64,000 bases of DNA from Anaerococcus vaginalis (GTDB lineage: Bacteria > Bacillota > Clostridia > Tissierellales > Peptoniphilaceae), in assembly GCF_018363915.1 (NCBI RefSeq), contig NZ_JAGZMY010000007.1; one strand, given 5' to 3'. Within the stretch, counting starts at the first letter, position 1. Each line of letters starts with the position of its first letter. Shown here one piece after another: positions 26,992 to 36,422 of the stretch. The notes under the pieces were generated by a model. It did not search any database and was not told the origin of the DNA. It saw only the letters and a list, made by a program, of their open reading frames with translations. The position numbers and the translations under genes are program-made.

Positions 26992-27664
26992 AAAAATCAA
27001 AGATTTGGACCTTAGTCAAAGACCAAGGGAGAAGTTGAAAAATGAGGGATACGCAAGTTTGAGTGATGAGGAATTGTTAGCAATTCTTATCGAAACTGGC
27101 TCTAAGAAGAAAAATGCTATTGAACTTGCTAGGGAAATTTTAAATACTTTTTCTAGCGAGGAGCTTTTGTCTATAAGTATTGAGCAATTAAATGGAATTG
27201 ATGGGATAAAAATTGCCAAGGCTAGTAAAATTATTGCCGCTATCCAGCTTGGTAAAAGACTTACTGAAAAAATAATTAATAAAGAAATCACAAGTATTAA
27301 TTCTTGTGAAGATGTTTTTAATTTGATGAAAAATAAATTTATAGACACAAAAAAAGAACATTTCTATGCTATATTATTAGATACAAAAAATGTGATTATT
27401 AGCAAGGAGTTGATTTCTACTGGAGATCTTAACTCTTCTATTGTTAATCCTAGGGAATGTTTTATTTCGGCTGTAAAAAAGAGTGCAAATTCTGTGATTT
27501 TTGTACATAACCACCCAAGTGGAAATCCAAATCCTTCTTGTAATGATAAAGAGATTACTCAAAGATTGGTTAAAGCAGGAGAAATTTTGGATATAAAAGT
27601 ATTAGATCATATTATTATTGGCAATAATAAATATTTTAGTTTTAGACAAGAAAATATTATATAG
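26984..27664 (+). CDS. radC: RadC-like JAB domain protein
   Basis: JAMM motif HNHPSGNPNPS is present. The N-terminus is helix-hairpin-helix-like. Confidence 0.8.
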   Translation: MNKKIKDLDLSQRPREKLKNEGYASLSDEELLAILIETGSKKKNAIELAREILNTFSSEELLSISIEQLNGIDGIKIAKASKIIAAIQLGKRLTEKIINKEITSINSCEDVFNLMKNKFIDTKKEHFYAILLDTKNVIISKELISTGDLNSSIVNPRECFISAVKKSANSVIFVHNHPSGNPNPSCNDKEITQRLVKAGEILDIKVLDHIIIGNNKYFSFRQENII

Positions 27665-27673
27665 GAGAATAAA

Positions 27674-28687
27674 ATGAATTTTAGAATTATGGCAGAAGAC
27701 CTAGCAATTGATTTGGGTACTAGCTGTATTAAAGTTTTTAAGAAAAATGAAGGGGTTGTAATTTCTGAACCATCTGTTTTGGTTCTTGACCACCAAAATA
27801 AGGAAATAAAAGCTATTGGTCAACAAGCTAAGGAAATGCTTGGAAAAACTCCTGATGAAATTATAGTACAAAGACCTATTGAAAAGGGTGTTATATCTGA
27901 TTTTAATTTAACTGAGGCAATGTTAAATTATTTTTTCCAAAAAATAAATCCGGGTTTTTCGGTTGTTCAACCAAGGGTTGTTGTTTGTGTTCCTAGCGGT
28001 ATTACTGACATTGAACAAAGAGCTGTCGAAGATGCTTCTTTGCATGCTGGAAGTAGGGATGTAATAATGGTTGATGAATCATTAGCGGCTTGTTTTGGAG
28101 TTGGACTTACTCCAGAAGATCCAAGAGGTATTTTGACTTTAAATCTTGGGGCTGGAACAAGTGAGATTTGTGTAATAAGCCTTAATGGAATTGTAGCTAG
28201 CAAAACTTTAAAGATGGGCGGAGATGACATCGATAAAAATATCCAAAATTTTTTGAGAGAAAAGAAAAAAATCGAAGTAGGTATAAATACAGCAGAGCTT
28301 ATTAAAAAGGAATTGCTATCACTTAGACTTAAAGATAAGGATATAGGAATGGAAGTTGAAGGTAGAGATGTAAAAGATGCTCAACCTAAAAGAATAAAAG
28401 TTACAAGTGAAGAAATAGCACCTTGCATAAGCGAATTTGCTGATAGCCTAATAGAGATGATTTATTTGGTAATGGAAAAAACACCGCCAGAATTATCCAG
28501 TGATATTAAAAATGATGGATTTTTAATGACTGGAGGTATGGCAAATGTTAGAGGTCTTCGTGAATATATTGAAAAAATAATAAATTTAAAGGCGAAAATA
28601 TCTGACAAACCAGAATTAGATGCTATAAAAGGTGCAGGCTTAATTATGGAAAATCCAGATAGATTTTTAAAATATCAAAGTAGGTAA
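27674..28687 (+). CDS. mreB: rod shape-determining protein MreB
   Basis: Actin-fold motifs (IDLGTS, GGG..D) are present, and mreC and mreD follow. Confidence 0.85.
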   Translation: MNFRIMAEDLAIDLGTSCIKVFKKNEGVVISEPSVLVLDHQNKEIKAIGQQAKEMLGKTPDEIIVQRPIEKGVISDFNLTEAMLNYFFQKINPGFSVVQPRVVVCVPSGITDIEQRAVEDASLHAGSRDVIMVDESLAACFGVGLTPEDPRGILTLNLGAGTSEICVISLNGIVASKTLKMGGDDIDKNIQNFLREKKKIEVGINTAELIKKELLSLRLKDKDIGMEVEGRDVKDAQPKRIKVTSEEIAPCISEFADSLIEMIYLVMEKTPPELSSDIKNDGFLMTGGMANVRGLREYIEKIINLKAKISDKPELDAIKGAGLIMENPDRFLKYQSR

Positions 28688-28689
28688 GT

Positions 28690-29520
28690 ATGGCTTATAG
28701 AAGAAAGAAAAAAAACAATAAACATTTTTTTATAACGGTTATTTTGTTAGTATTGTTGATATTTACATCAAGCCTTACTGATGATTTGGTAGAGGCTGGT
28801 AATAATATAACAAATACCATATTTAAACCTGTAAACAAAGCTTCTTATTCAATAACTTCAGAAATAATTAAAGCTATAGAAGATACAATTGGTTCAAAGC
28901 AAACAAGAGCCGAAGTTGAAAAATTAAAGATAGAAAATCAAAATCTTTTAAAAGAAAATGCTAACTTAATGGAAGTTATTAATAGAAAAGATTTTTTGAA
29001 AGCTGAAAATGATGCTATAAAAAATCAAAAATATGAATACGTCAAAGCTCAAGTTATTAATTCTGATGTAAAAAGCATGCAAGAATCATTTTTTATAGAC
29101 AAGGGTAAAAAAGACGGAATAAAAGTTAATGATGTAATTTTGCAAGCTATAGGAAATAGCGAATATTCATCTGCTGTTATAGGAAAAGTTGTTAAGGTAA
29201 ATTCAACAACAAGTAAGGTTGAAACAATTAAAAATTCATCAAATGACGTTTCGTTTATTAATTCTAGAAGTGGAGATTATGGGGTTATTGATGATTATAA
29301 AAACAAAAAAATTAGTGGATATATGCTAGAAGTGTCTAGTGATGTTAAAAATTCTGATACATTAATTACAAGTGGAATAGGTGGAGTTTATCCTAAGGGT
29401 TTATATTTGGGAGAAATTTCTAATGTAATTATGAGCAAAGATTCACTAAGAAAAAATGTAACAATTGATTCTCCAGCAGATTTTACCCATCTGTATAGGG
29501 TTTTGGTTCTTAGAAAGTAA
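28690..29520 (+). CDS. mreC: rod shape-determining protein MreC
   Basis: N-terminal TM segment, then a coiled coil, then a beta-rich domain. Position after mreB. Confidence 0.7.
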   Translation: MAYRRKKKNNKHFFITVILLVLLIFTSSLTDDLVEAGNNITNTIFKPVNKASYSITSEIIKAIEDTIGSKQTRAEVEKLKIENQNLLKENANLMEVINRKDFLKAENDAIKNQKYEYVKAQVINSDVKSMQESFFIDKGKKDGIKVNDVILQAIGNSEYSSAVIGKVVKVNSTTSKVETIKNSSNDVSFINSRSGDYGVIDDYKNKKISGYMLEVSSDVKNSDTLITSGIGGVYPKGLYLGEISNVIMSKDSLRKNVTIDSPADFTHLYRVLVLRK

Positions 29521-29529
29521 GGTGGATAT

Positions 29530-30021
29530 ATGAATAAATTTAAAACATTTTTAATAGCTTTTATTTCTTTTATCCTACAAGTTAGCGTCTTTTCTAAGGT
29601 GGATATATTTGGAGCAAATATCAATATTATAGTTGCATTTGTAATATGTTTATCCTTAACGCTTGGTTCTAAAAGTGCTTCTTATACGGGTCTTGTTATT
29701 GGTTTGTTGGAAGATCTTATGTTTTCAAAAATAATTGGTGTAAGAGCTTTATCATATTTTTTGATAGGTCATGTAGTTGGAGATGAAAAGTTTAGATTTA
29801 GTAGCGATAAAAAAACAGGTTTGATTTTAACTTTTGTTTTTACTATTTTAAACTTTTTATTTGTAAGTTTAATAACATATATTTTTAATGGGGATATAGT
29901 TGTTATTAAAAATTATTTATTTGTACCAATTTTGGTAGAAGCTTTATTGAATACTTTAATGTATTTAATCTATCATATAATAATAAAAAAACTAATGTAT
30001 ATTCCAACATATAGGATATAG
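29530..30021 (+). CDS. mreD: rod shape-determining protein MreD
   Basis: Small polytopic membrane protein positioned after mreC. Confidence 0.6.
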   Translation: MNKFKTFLIAFISFILQVSVFSKVDIFGANINIIVAFVICLSLTLGSKSASYTGLVIGLLEDLMFSKIIGVRALSYFLIGHVVGDEKFRFSSDKKTGLILTFVFTILNFLFVSLITYIFNGDIVVIKNYLFVPILVEALLNTLMYLIYHIIIKKLMYIPTYRI

Positions 30022-30032
30022 GGGTGTAAGTT

Positions 30033-33000
30033 TTGAGAAAACAAAAAGAAAATAGAATAACTATTTTGCAAATAGTTTTTGGTCTAATGTTTTTTGCAAT
30101 TTTTGTGAAATTATTTATCCTTATGATAAATCAAGGAGAACATTACAGAGACTTATCAGATAATAGAAAAGTTCAAGAAGTTGATGAAATTGCAAGTAGA
30201 GGAGATATTTTAGACAGAAATGGAAATGTTCTTGCTACAACAGTTCCATCTTTTGCTGTGCAATTATATAAAGATAAACTTACAAGCTTGGATGATGAAG
30301 ATAGGATAAAGGCTGTAAATTCTTTGGTAAATATTTTGGAAGAAGCAGGTGTAAATTACCAAAATGATTTTGATATTAGACTAAATTCATTCCAATACAA
30401 AAGTGAGGATGATTATTTCAAAGAAGAAAAATCACCAGAAGATAAGATTGTTGATATAATAGTTGAAAAAAAATTAACAAGAGAAATAGTAGGATCTTTT
30501 AGCAACAAAGATGGGATAAAGTATGAAACAATAAAAACTGCCCTTCTTGCCTTGAAAAAAAGAGGAATAGACATTCCTATATTAGTTAAGCAAAAAAATA
30601 ATAAACTTAATTTAGTATATAAGGAAAATGCAAAAGAAAAATTAAAGGCATTAGGTCATAGCACAAAAGATGATCCTCTTGATGTTGTCGTTAGTGCAAT
30701 TGGTGGCGATAAGTCTGTTATAAAAAATATATTAGAAAATAACCAAGCAAGATTATTAACTTATAATATTTTGAAAGAAAAAAACTTAGAATCTAATGTA
30801 GTATTAAAAGATTATAGTCTGATAGCAGATGAAAAGCTCATACAAAAAAAAGCAAGCCTAAATGATGGCTATCCAGAAATAAAATTAGATACAAAAGCTA
30901 GTGATGATTTTTATGAAATTGTAAAAAAATCTTCAATCAAAGAATTTTTAAAATCAGCAAGCTTAAATGAAGAAGATGGTTCTTACTTAATTCCGGCAAA
31001 TATTTTGATAGAAAAATTGGAAAACAAAGGTGTATATGCAAACTTTACAACAGAAGTAAAAACCGAAACAAAAGATAAAAAAAACATATATTCTGTTGAT
31101 ATAAAATTTAAAAATTTCCAAGCTGGAGATCCTGCAGAAGAATTGGCAAATCTTGCTGACAAACATAAATTATTGAAGGGCGTAATCTTAGATAAAGATT
31201 TAAAATATTTGGCACAAAATGCTAATGCTATAAATAACGTCTATCCATCAATCGATATTTCAGAAGATAAGCCTAGCAAATGGGATTATACTTTCAATGT
31301 TGCCAAAAAAGATTTCTTTGAATACTATGCAAGCAGAGATAAAAATGAAAGTCGAGATAAGGTTGTAAAAAAACTAAATAAAGCAAAAAGCGCAAAAGAA
31401 GTTCTTGATTATATAAAATCAGTGTCAGATATAAAAAATGACAATGACTATGAGGCTTGTGGAATTTTGACAATCGATAGCATTATTAATAGGCAAGGCT
31501 CATTTGGTTTTAGACCAATTAATTTAGTTTATAATTTAGATGATTCGACTGTTCTAAGAATTGAAGAAAATATTGACAAATCAAAGGGAATTAGTGTGGC
31601 AACAATTCCTATAAGATCTTATCCAAATAGAAATTTGGCAAGCCATGTTTTAGGCTACATGGGACCAATAGCAACCGATGAAGAAGTGGAAAAATATGTA
31701 AAAAAAGATTCATATTTAAGAGATGAAATTGTCGGCAAAACTGGTATTGAAGAATCTTATCAAGATACGCTAAGGGGAAAAAATGGAAAAAGTATAGTTA
31801 CAGTTGATTCGTCAGGAAATAGAATTGAAACTCTATCAAAAACTCCATCTGAACCAGGAAATGATGTTTATTTGACAATAGATGCAAATTTGCAAAAAGA
31901 CGCTAAAGATTCTCTTTCTAGAATGCTTGAATCTGTAAGAACAGGAAGAACTTATGAATCTAAATATGGAAATTATACACCGGCAAAAATAGCTAGTCAT
32001 GCTTTAAGTGGATCAGTAGTTGTAAGTAATGTAAAAACAGGAGAAGTATTGGCAATGGTATCTTATCCTGATTATGACCCGAATTTATTTTCTACTGGAA
32101 TATCAGAAACTGATTGGGAGAGTTTACAAGCTCCAGAAAATGCAAGTGTACTTGCTCCAAGACCAATGTTAAATATGGCAAGTCAAGCATCGGTTATGCC
32201 AGGTTCTACATTTAAATTAGTTACATCACTTGCAGCATTAGAAAAAGGATTGGATCCGAAAAGATTAAACTATTGTAATGGTTTTTTGGAAATAGGTAAT
32301 AGAAGATTTTCTTGTTTGGCTTGGTCAGAATATGGGATAAAACACGGTGAAGAGACTTTATATGATGCTTTGAAGGTTTCATGTAACTATTACTTTTTCA
32401 CTCTAGCTTTGGGAGAAAATCCATCAAATGGGAAAAGTGTTGGTGTAAAGTTAGAACTTAATGATATTCGAAAAGCAGCAGAATTGTTAGGGCTTGATAG
32501 GACTACAGGAATTGAAATAAATACTCCTAGTGAATCTAGTGGAAATATTCCATCTACTGAGAAAAAATTAGACGTTACTAAAACTTTATTAAGAAAATAT
32601 CTTGAAGAAAATCTCGATAAATATTTGAAAAACAAAACAAAAAAATCAAAAACAGATTTTAATAAAGATATAGAAAAAATTGTTAAATTAGCAGATAGAC
32701 CTAAATCTGTTGGTAGAAAAGACCTAATTGAAATGCTAGATAAAATGGGATATAAGCCTGAAGAAATTCTTGAAGGAGAGAGAGCTGGCCTTTCTGATAA
32801 TATTAAATATACATTTTTAAACCAAGCTGAATGGGATATTACAGATATGTTAAATATAGTAATAGGTCAAGGGCAAAATTCTTACACCCCGCTTCAAATG
32901 AATAGGGTTATTTCTACAATTTCAAATGGTGGCTATCTAAATAAATATACCCTAATTGACAAGGTTACAAATCATAATTCTAAAGATATTTTATTTAAAA

Positions 33001-33395
33001 ATCAAGTTGATCGTACAAAAATAAAAATTAAAGATGAAAAATATTTAGAAGATATAAAGTATGGTACTTTACAATCAGCTAAAGATGTAAGGGATTTTAA
33101 TAATATGCCTATAGAAATTGGTATGAAATCTGGTACTGCTGAGGTTGAAGGTAAAAATCCAGATGGAAGTAATTATGATTCATATGCTTGGATGATAGCT
33201 TTCGCTCCATATAATGATCCAGAAATCGCGGTAAGTGTTTTTATGGTTCAAGGAGATACATCTGTAAATTGTGGTCCTGTTGTAAGAGATGTAATTAGTA
33301 AATATTTTGATATAAAAATAAATCCAGAAGATCAAAATTTAGAAACTAACACAAATACAGAAAATAATAATCAAGAAAATGCAGGGGGAGAGTAA
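30033..33395 (+). CDS. mrdA: penicillin-binding protein 2 (class B transpeptidase) with a large N-terminal insertion
   Basis: Transpeptidase motifs STFK (STFKLVT), SCN (KVSCNYY) and KSGT (MKSGTAEV) are present. It is 1120 aa, with about 440 extra residues between the TM/head region and the conserved pedestal. Confidence 0.8.
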   Translation: MRKQKENRITILQIVFGLMFFAIFVKLFILMINQGEHYRDLSDNRKVQEVDEIASRGDILDRNGNVLATTVPSFAVQLYKDKLTSLDDEDRIKAVNSLVNILEEAGVNYQNDFDIRLNSFQYKSEDDYFKEEKSPEDKIVDIIVEKKLTREIVGSFSNKDGIKYETIKTALLALKKRGIDIPILVKQKNNKLNLVYKENAKEKLKALGHSTKDDPLDVVVSAIGGDKSVIKNILENNQARLLTYNILKEKNLESNVVLKDYSLIADEKLIQKKASLNDGYPEIKLDTKASDDFYEIVKKSSIKEFLKSASLNEEDGSYLIPANILIEKLENKGVYANFTTEVKTETKDKKNIYSVDIKFKNFQAGDPAEELANLADKHKLLKGVILDKDLKYLAQNANAINNVYPSIDISEDKPSKWDYTFNVAKKDFFEYYASRDKNESRDKVVKKLNKAKSAKEVLDYIKSVSDIKNDNDYEACGILTIDSIINRQGSFGFRPINLVYNLDDSTVLRIEENIDKSKGISVATIPIRSYPNRNLASHVLGYMGPIATDEEVEKYVKKDSYLRDEIVGKTGIEESYQDTLRGKNGKSIVTVDSSGNRIETLSKTPSEPGNDVYLTIDANLQKDAKDSLSRMLESVRTGRTYESKYGNYTPAKIASHALSGSVVVSNVKTGEVLAMVSYPDYDPNLFSTGISETDWESLQAPENASVLAPRPMLNMASQASVMPGSTFKLVTSLAALEKGLDPKRLNYCNGFLEIGNRRFSCLAWSEYGIKHGEETLYDALKVSCNYYFFTLALGENPSNGKSVGVKLELNDIRKAAELLGLDRTTGIEINTPSESSGNIPSTEKKLDVTKTLLRKYLEENLDKYLKNKTKKSKTDFNKDIEKIVKLADRPKSVGRKDLIEMLDKMGYKPEEILEGERAGLSDNIKYTFLNQAEWDITDMLNIVIGQGQNSYTPLQMNRVISTISNGGYLNKYTLIDKVTNHNSKDILFKNQVDRTKIKIKDEKYLEDIKYGTLQSAKDVRDFNNMPIEIGMKSGTAEVEGKNPDGSNYDSYAWMIAFAPYNDPEIAVSVFMVQGDTSVNCGPVVRDVISKYFDIKINPEDQNLETNTNTENNNQENAGGE

Positions 33396-33396
33396 A

Positions 33397-34023
33397 ATGG
33401 AAGTATTTTTAATAAATTCAAATATTGAGAGTGATTTAGATTTTATAAAAGAATTTTCAAAAAAACTGTCAGAAAATAAATCCGTTTTGCTACTTTCTTT
33501 TACTAGAAAAGAAAATAAAAATATAGAAGATTTATATGATATGGGAGGAATGATTACATATGACATATGTGATTATTTCTTTGGCCTTATTGATCTTGAT
33601 AAAATTATAGTAAGAGCTTGCCAAAATATAGATTTTGCAATCCCACCTCTTCTTAATTCAAAATTTGATATAAAAAAAGATCATATTTCTAAATTATTAG
33701 AAAAATTAAATACTTACGACTATTTAATTATTGATGGCCTTGATGAATCTTTAATTGATAGTAAAAAAGAAATTCAAATTATTAATGAAAATCAAATAAA
33801 AGAAGAAATAAAAGCTGATTTTTTCTTTATTAATTCTAATGACAAATATTTTGATATAAGGGATTATAGAGATGAAATTTTGGGAAAATCTTCTAAATTT
33901 GTAGGTTTAAAAGAAAAAGATTCTTTCTATGATAAGATTATTTCAAATATTTTAGATGATAAAAGTGAAGAAATTCAAAAAATTGGATTTTTTGAAAAAT
34001 TAAAGAAGAAATTAGCCCAATGA
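33397..34023 (+). CDS. hypothetical protein
   Basis: ATG after GGGGGAG. It sits where minC and minD are usually found and has no recognisable motif. Confidence 0.3.
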   Translation: MEVFLINSNIESDLDFIKEFSKKLSENKSVLLLSFTRKENKNIEDLYDMGGMITYDICDYFFGLIDLDKIIVRACQNIDFAIPPLLNSKFDIKKDHISKLLEKLNTYDYLIIDGLDESLIDSKKEIQIINENQIKEEIKADFFFINSNDKYFDIRDYRDEILGKSSKFVGLKEKDSFYDKIISNILDDKSEEIQKIGFFEKLKKKLAQ

Positions 34024-34946
34024 GATCATTTATATTTGTAGACAAAAAAGAAAAAGCCTTTGGAAAAATTATCGACGATAAGCTTTTTGAATTAAAATTT
34101 TATTCTCCATATTTGTTCAATATTTATAGGGCAAAAGTAGTAAATAAAATTGATTCTATTAATGCTTATTTTTTGTTGTATGATGATGGCAAAAAGGCTT
34201 TTTTAAAATCAAATAAAAAATTTAAAATTGGAGATAGTGTAATTTGCCAAATTATTAAAGAAGAATTTGACGATAAATTAGCAACCATGAGTGCAAATTT
34301 TAGAATCGAAAATGAAGATTATTATTTATATAGGTTCAAAAATAAGGGATTTCCAAAATTGAAAAAAGGTAGAAAGAAAAATTTTGAAAATTATAATAAA
34401 TTACTTGAACTTAAAGAAAAATTAATAAATGAAGAAAATTTCACGCCTTCTCCAAAACTCTTGAAAACTTACAATGAATTTGACTTATATTGTGAAAAAA
34501 ATAAAGATTTGGAACTTGTTGAACTAGATATAAAAAATAATAAAATAATTTCAGATTCAATAAAAAATATTAAGGAAAAAAAGATTTACAAAGACGATTT
34601 ATCAATAATAATCAATGATCTTGAAACTCTTTGCTTTATTGATGTGAATTCATCAAAGAAAAAATCAACTATGGATAAAGATGATTTTTATTATAAGGTT
34701 AATGAAGATTTAATAGATTTTATTTTTTACAATTTAAATCTTAGAAATATTGGCGGAATGGTCGTTATAGATTTTTTAAAATCTAGTAAAAATGATCAAT
34801 TGATTGATAAAATAAATGAAAATATAAAAAAATATTTCAAGATTTATGAAATATATGGCTTTACAAATATGGGACTATTTGAATTGTCAATAAAAAGAAG
34901 AGGAGAAAGCCTCTATAAAAAATTAAAAGAAAAAGAGCTTATCTAA
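34020..34946 (+). CDS. short RNase E/G-family protein
   Basis: N-terminal S1-like segment (NIYRAKVVNKIDSINAYFLLYDDGKKAFL) and DNase I-like segment (IDVNSS...NLRNIGGMVVIDFL) resemble Rne/Rng proteins. It is only 308 aa. Confidence 0.45.
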   Translation: MRSFIFVDKKEKAFGKIIDDKLFELKFYSPYLFNIYRAKVVNKIDSINAYFLLYDDGKKAFLKSNKKFKIGDSVICQIIKEEFDDKLATMSANFRIENEDYYLYRFKNKGFPKLKKGRKKNFENYNKLLELKEKLINEENFTPSPKLLKTYNEFDLYCEKNKDLELVELDIKNNKIISDSIKNIKEKKIYKDDLSIIINDLETLCFIDVNSSKKKSTMDKDDFYYKVNEDLIDFIFYNLNLRNIGGMVVIDFLKSSKNDQLIDKINENIKKYFKIYEIYGFTNMGLFELSIKRRGESLYKKLKEKELI

Positions 34947-35218
34947 TCGATAAGCTCTAATTTTTTTCTATCAAAATTATTTACAATATTTTCTTTGAAT
35001 TTTTTGTTTAATCTTTTTATTCTATATTCAATTTTCATAGCCTTACTTTTATCAGAAACTTCTTTATAAAAAACTAGTTTACAAGGTCTTCTTGCTCTTG
35101 TATATTTTGCACCAATTCCCTTGTTGTGTTTTTCCAATCTATTTTGTAAATTATTTGTCCAACCAGTGTAGAGACTTCCATCAGAACATCTTAAAATATA
35201 AACAAAAGCATTTTTCAT
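34943..35218 (-). CDS. GIY-YIG nuclease family protein
   Basis: GIY-YIG signature (VYILRCSDGSLYTGWTNNLQNRLEKHN). Confidence 0.7.
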   Translation of the reverse strand: MKNAFVYILRCSDGSLYTGWTNNLQNRLEKHNKGIGAKYTRARRPCKLVFYKEVSDKSKAMKIEYRIKRLNKKFKENIVNNFDRKKLELID

Positions 35219-35811
35219 TTAAACAAATCACCCAACACATCACTTATAATATCATAAGAAAATCCCCTAGAAGCAAGAAACCTATATACCTTATTTTTAT
35301 CATTTACACTTTCTTTTTTATTAAGACCTGCATTATAAGCTTTTTCATACTCTTCATCATAGGAAATTTCATCCAAATAAGTATCAATTAAACTATCATC
35401 AATAAATTTGGCCTTTAATTTATATCTAATTTTACCCTTGGACCAATTATTTATCCTTGATTTATCATTTATATAAGATTTCACATAAGCTTTATCATCA
35501 ATTAAATTATATTCAGTCAAAAAATCAATAACCCTAGAAATCGAATCATTATTGAATTTTTTCTCCTTCAATTTTTTTTTCAAATCAAAAGAAGTCTTTG
35601 CGCCGTAAGATAATTGTTTTAAAGCTTCATTTTTACATCTATTAAAGTCATTTTCCCTTAGAATATCCTTATACAAATCAAAATCAATAACCGCTCCAAC
35701 AGATAAAGCTAAATCATTAAAAAAATCATAAGAAATATAAAAAAATTCATTTGAAATGGTAATTTTTACCAAATTATATTTATCAGAATATTCAATATTT
35801 TCAACAATCAT
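35215..35811 (-). CDS. recX: regulatory protein RecX
   Basis: Three-repeat helical protein of RecX size and composition. Confidence 0.55.
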   Translation of the reverse strand: MIVENIEYSDKYNLVKITISNEFFYISYDFFNDLALSVGAVIDFDLYKDILRENDFNRCKNEALKQLSYGAKTSFDLKKKLKEKKFNNDSISRVIDFLTEYNLIDDKAYVKSYINDKSRINNWSKGKIRYKLKAKFIDDSLIDTYLDEISYDEEYEKAYNAGLNKKESVNDKNKVYRFLASRGFSYDIISDVLGDLFK

Positions 35812-35912
35812 AATGATTCAACAGCATTCATAATAATAGGAATAACCATAGATAAAACAATTACAACAGCAAAAATTTTTAAAATCATTTTGCTATTAGA
35901 TTTTTTCTTCAT
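35808..35912 (-). CDS. 34-aa membrane peptide, translationally coupled to recX
   Basis: ATG lies 5 nt after GAGGTGAT. The peptide MKKKSNSKMILKIFAVVIVLSMVIPIIMNAVESL has a single TM segment. Its stop overlaps the recX start (ATGA). Confidence 0.3.
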   Translation of the reverse strand: MKKKSNSKMILKIFAVVIVLSMVIPIIMNAVESL

Positions 35913-36087
35913 AAAATCACCTCTAAATCTATCTTTCTTAACAGTATTTTACTATAAGTGAAATTTTTTGTAAAACTTAAAAATAAAAATAAATTTGCAT
36001 TAATTTTTTATTAGTGGTATTATATATAAGTCGAAAGAGAAAGGCCCTTGTAAAATGTAAAAATATTTTGAATATTTTACACTTTGC

Positions 36088-36116
36088 TTGACAAGTGATT
36101 TGATTGGATGTATACT
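36088..36116 (+). promoter_or_regulatory. tRNA-His/Leu promoter TTGACA-17-TATACT
   Basis: Consensus -35, 17-nt spacer and near-consensus -10. The -10 ends about 22 nt upstream of the tRNA-His 5' end. Confidence 0.5.
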
Positions 36117-36137
36117 TGTATAGTAAGTTATTTATTT

Positions 36138-36215
36138 GGTGGGTATGGTCCAGTTGGTTAAGACACCTGGTTGTGGCCCAGGAGATCGAGAGTTCGAATC
36201 TCTCTACTCACCCCA
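36138..36215 (+). tRNA. tRNA-His (GTG) with G-1, CCA encoded
   Basis: Manual fold: acceptor GTGGGTA/TACTCAC, anticodon loop TTGTGGC, T-arm GAGAG-TTCGAAT-CTCTC. The extra 5' G pairs with discriminator C. Confidence 0.85.
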
Positions 36216-36218
36216 TAC

Positions 36219-36304
36219 GCGGGATTGGCGGAATTGGCAGACGCGCTAGACTTAGGATCTAGTGAGATTTTCTCGTGAAGGTTCAACTCCTTTATCCCGC
36301 ACCA
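36219..36304 (+). tRNA. tRNA-Leu (TAG), class II long variable arm, CCA encoded
   Basis: Manual fold: acceptor GCGGGAT/ATCCCGC, anticodon stem-loop CTAGA-CTTAGGA-TCTAG, long variable arm, T-arm GAAGG-TTCAACT-CCTTT. Confidence 0.85.
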
Positions 36305-36313
36305 GAAATTTTT

Positions 36314-36340
36314 AGACGTTAGTAATAACGTCTTTTTTTA
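36314..36340 (+). terminator. terminator after tRNA-Leu
   Basis: AGACGTTA-GTAA-TAACGTCT followed by TTTTTTT. Confidence 0.65.
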
Positions 36341-36422
36341 TGCTAATTTTTACAATATTTTTACATTTTTATAATATCTTTACTCATTCTTATATGCTAA
36401 AATGAATAAAAGGAGAAAAATT

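Noticed and set aside
35092-35391. 99-aa plus-strand ORF spanning the GIY-YIG/recX junction.
   Set aside because: It is antisense to two supported genes and has a low-complexity Ile/Phe-rich composition.
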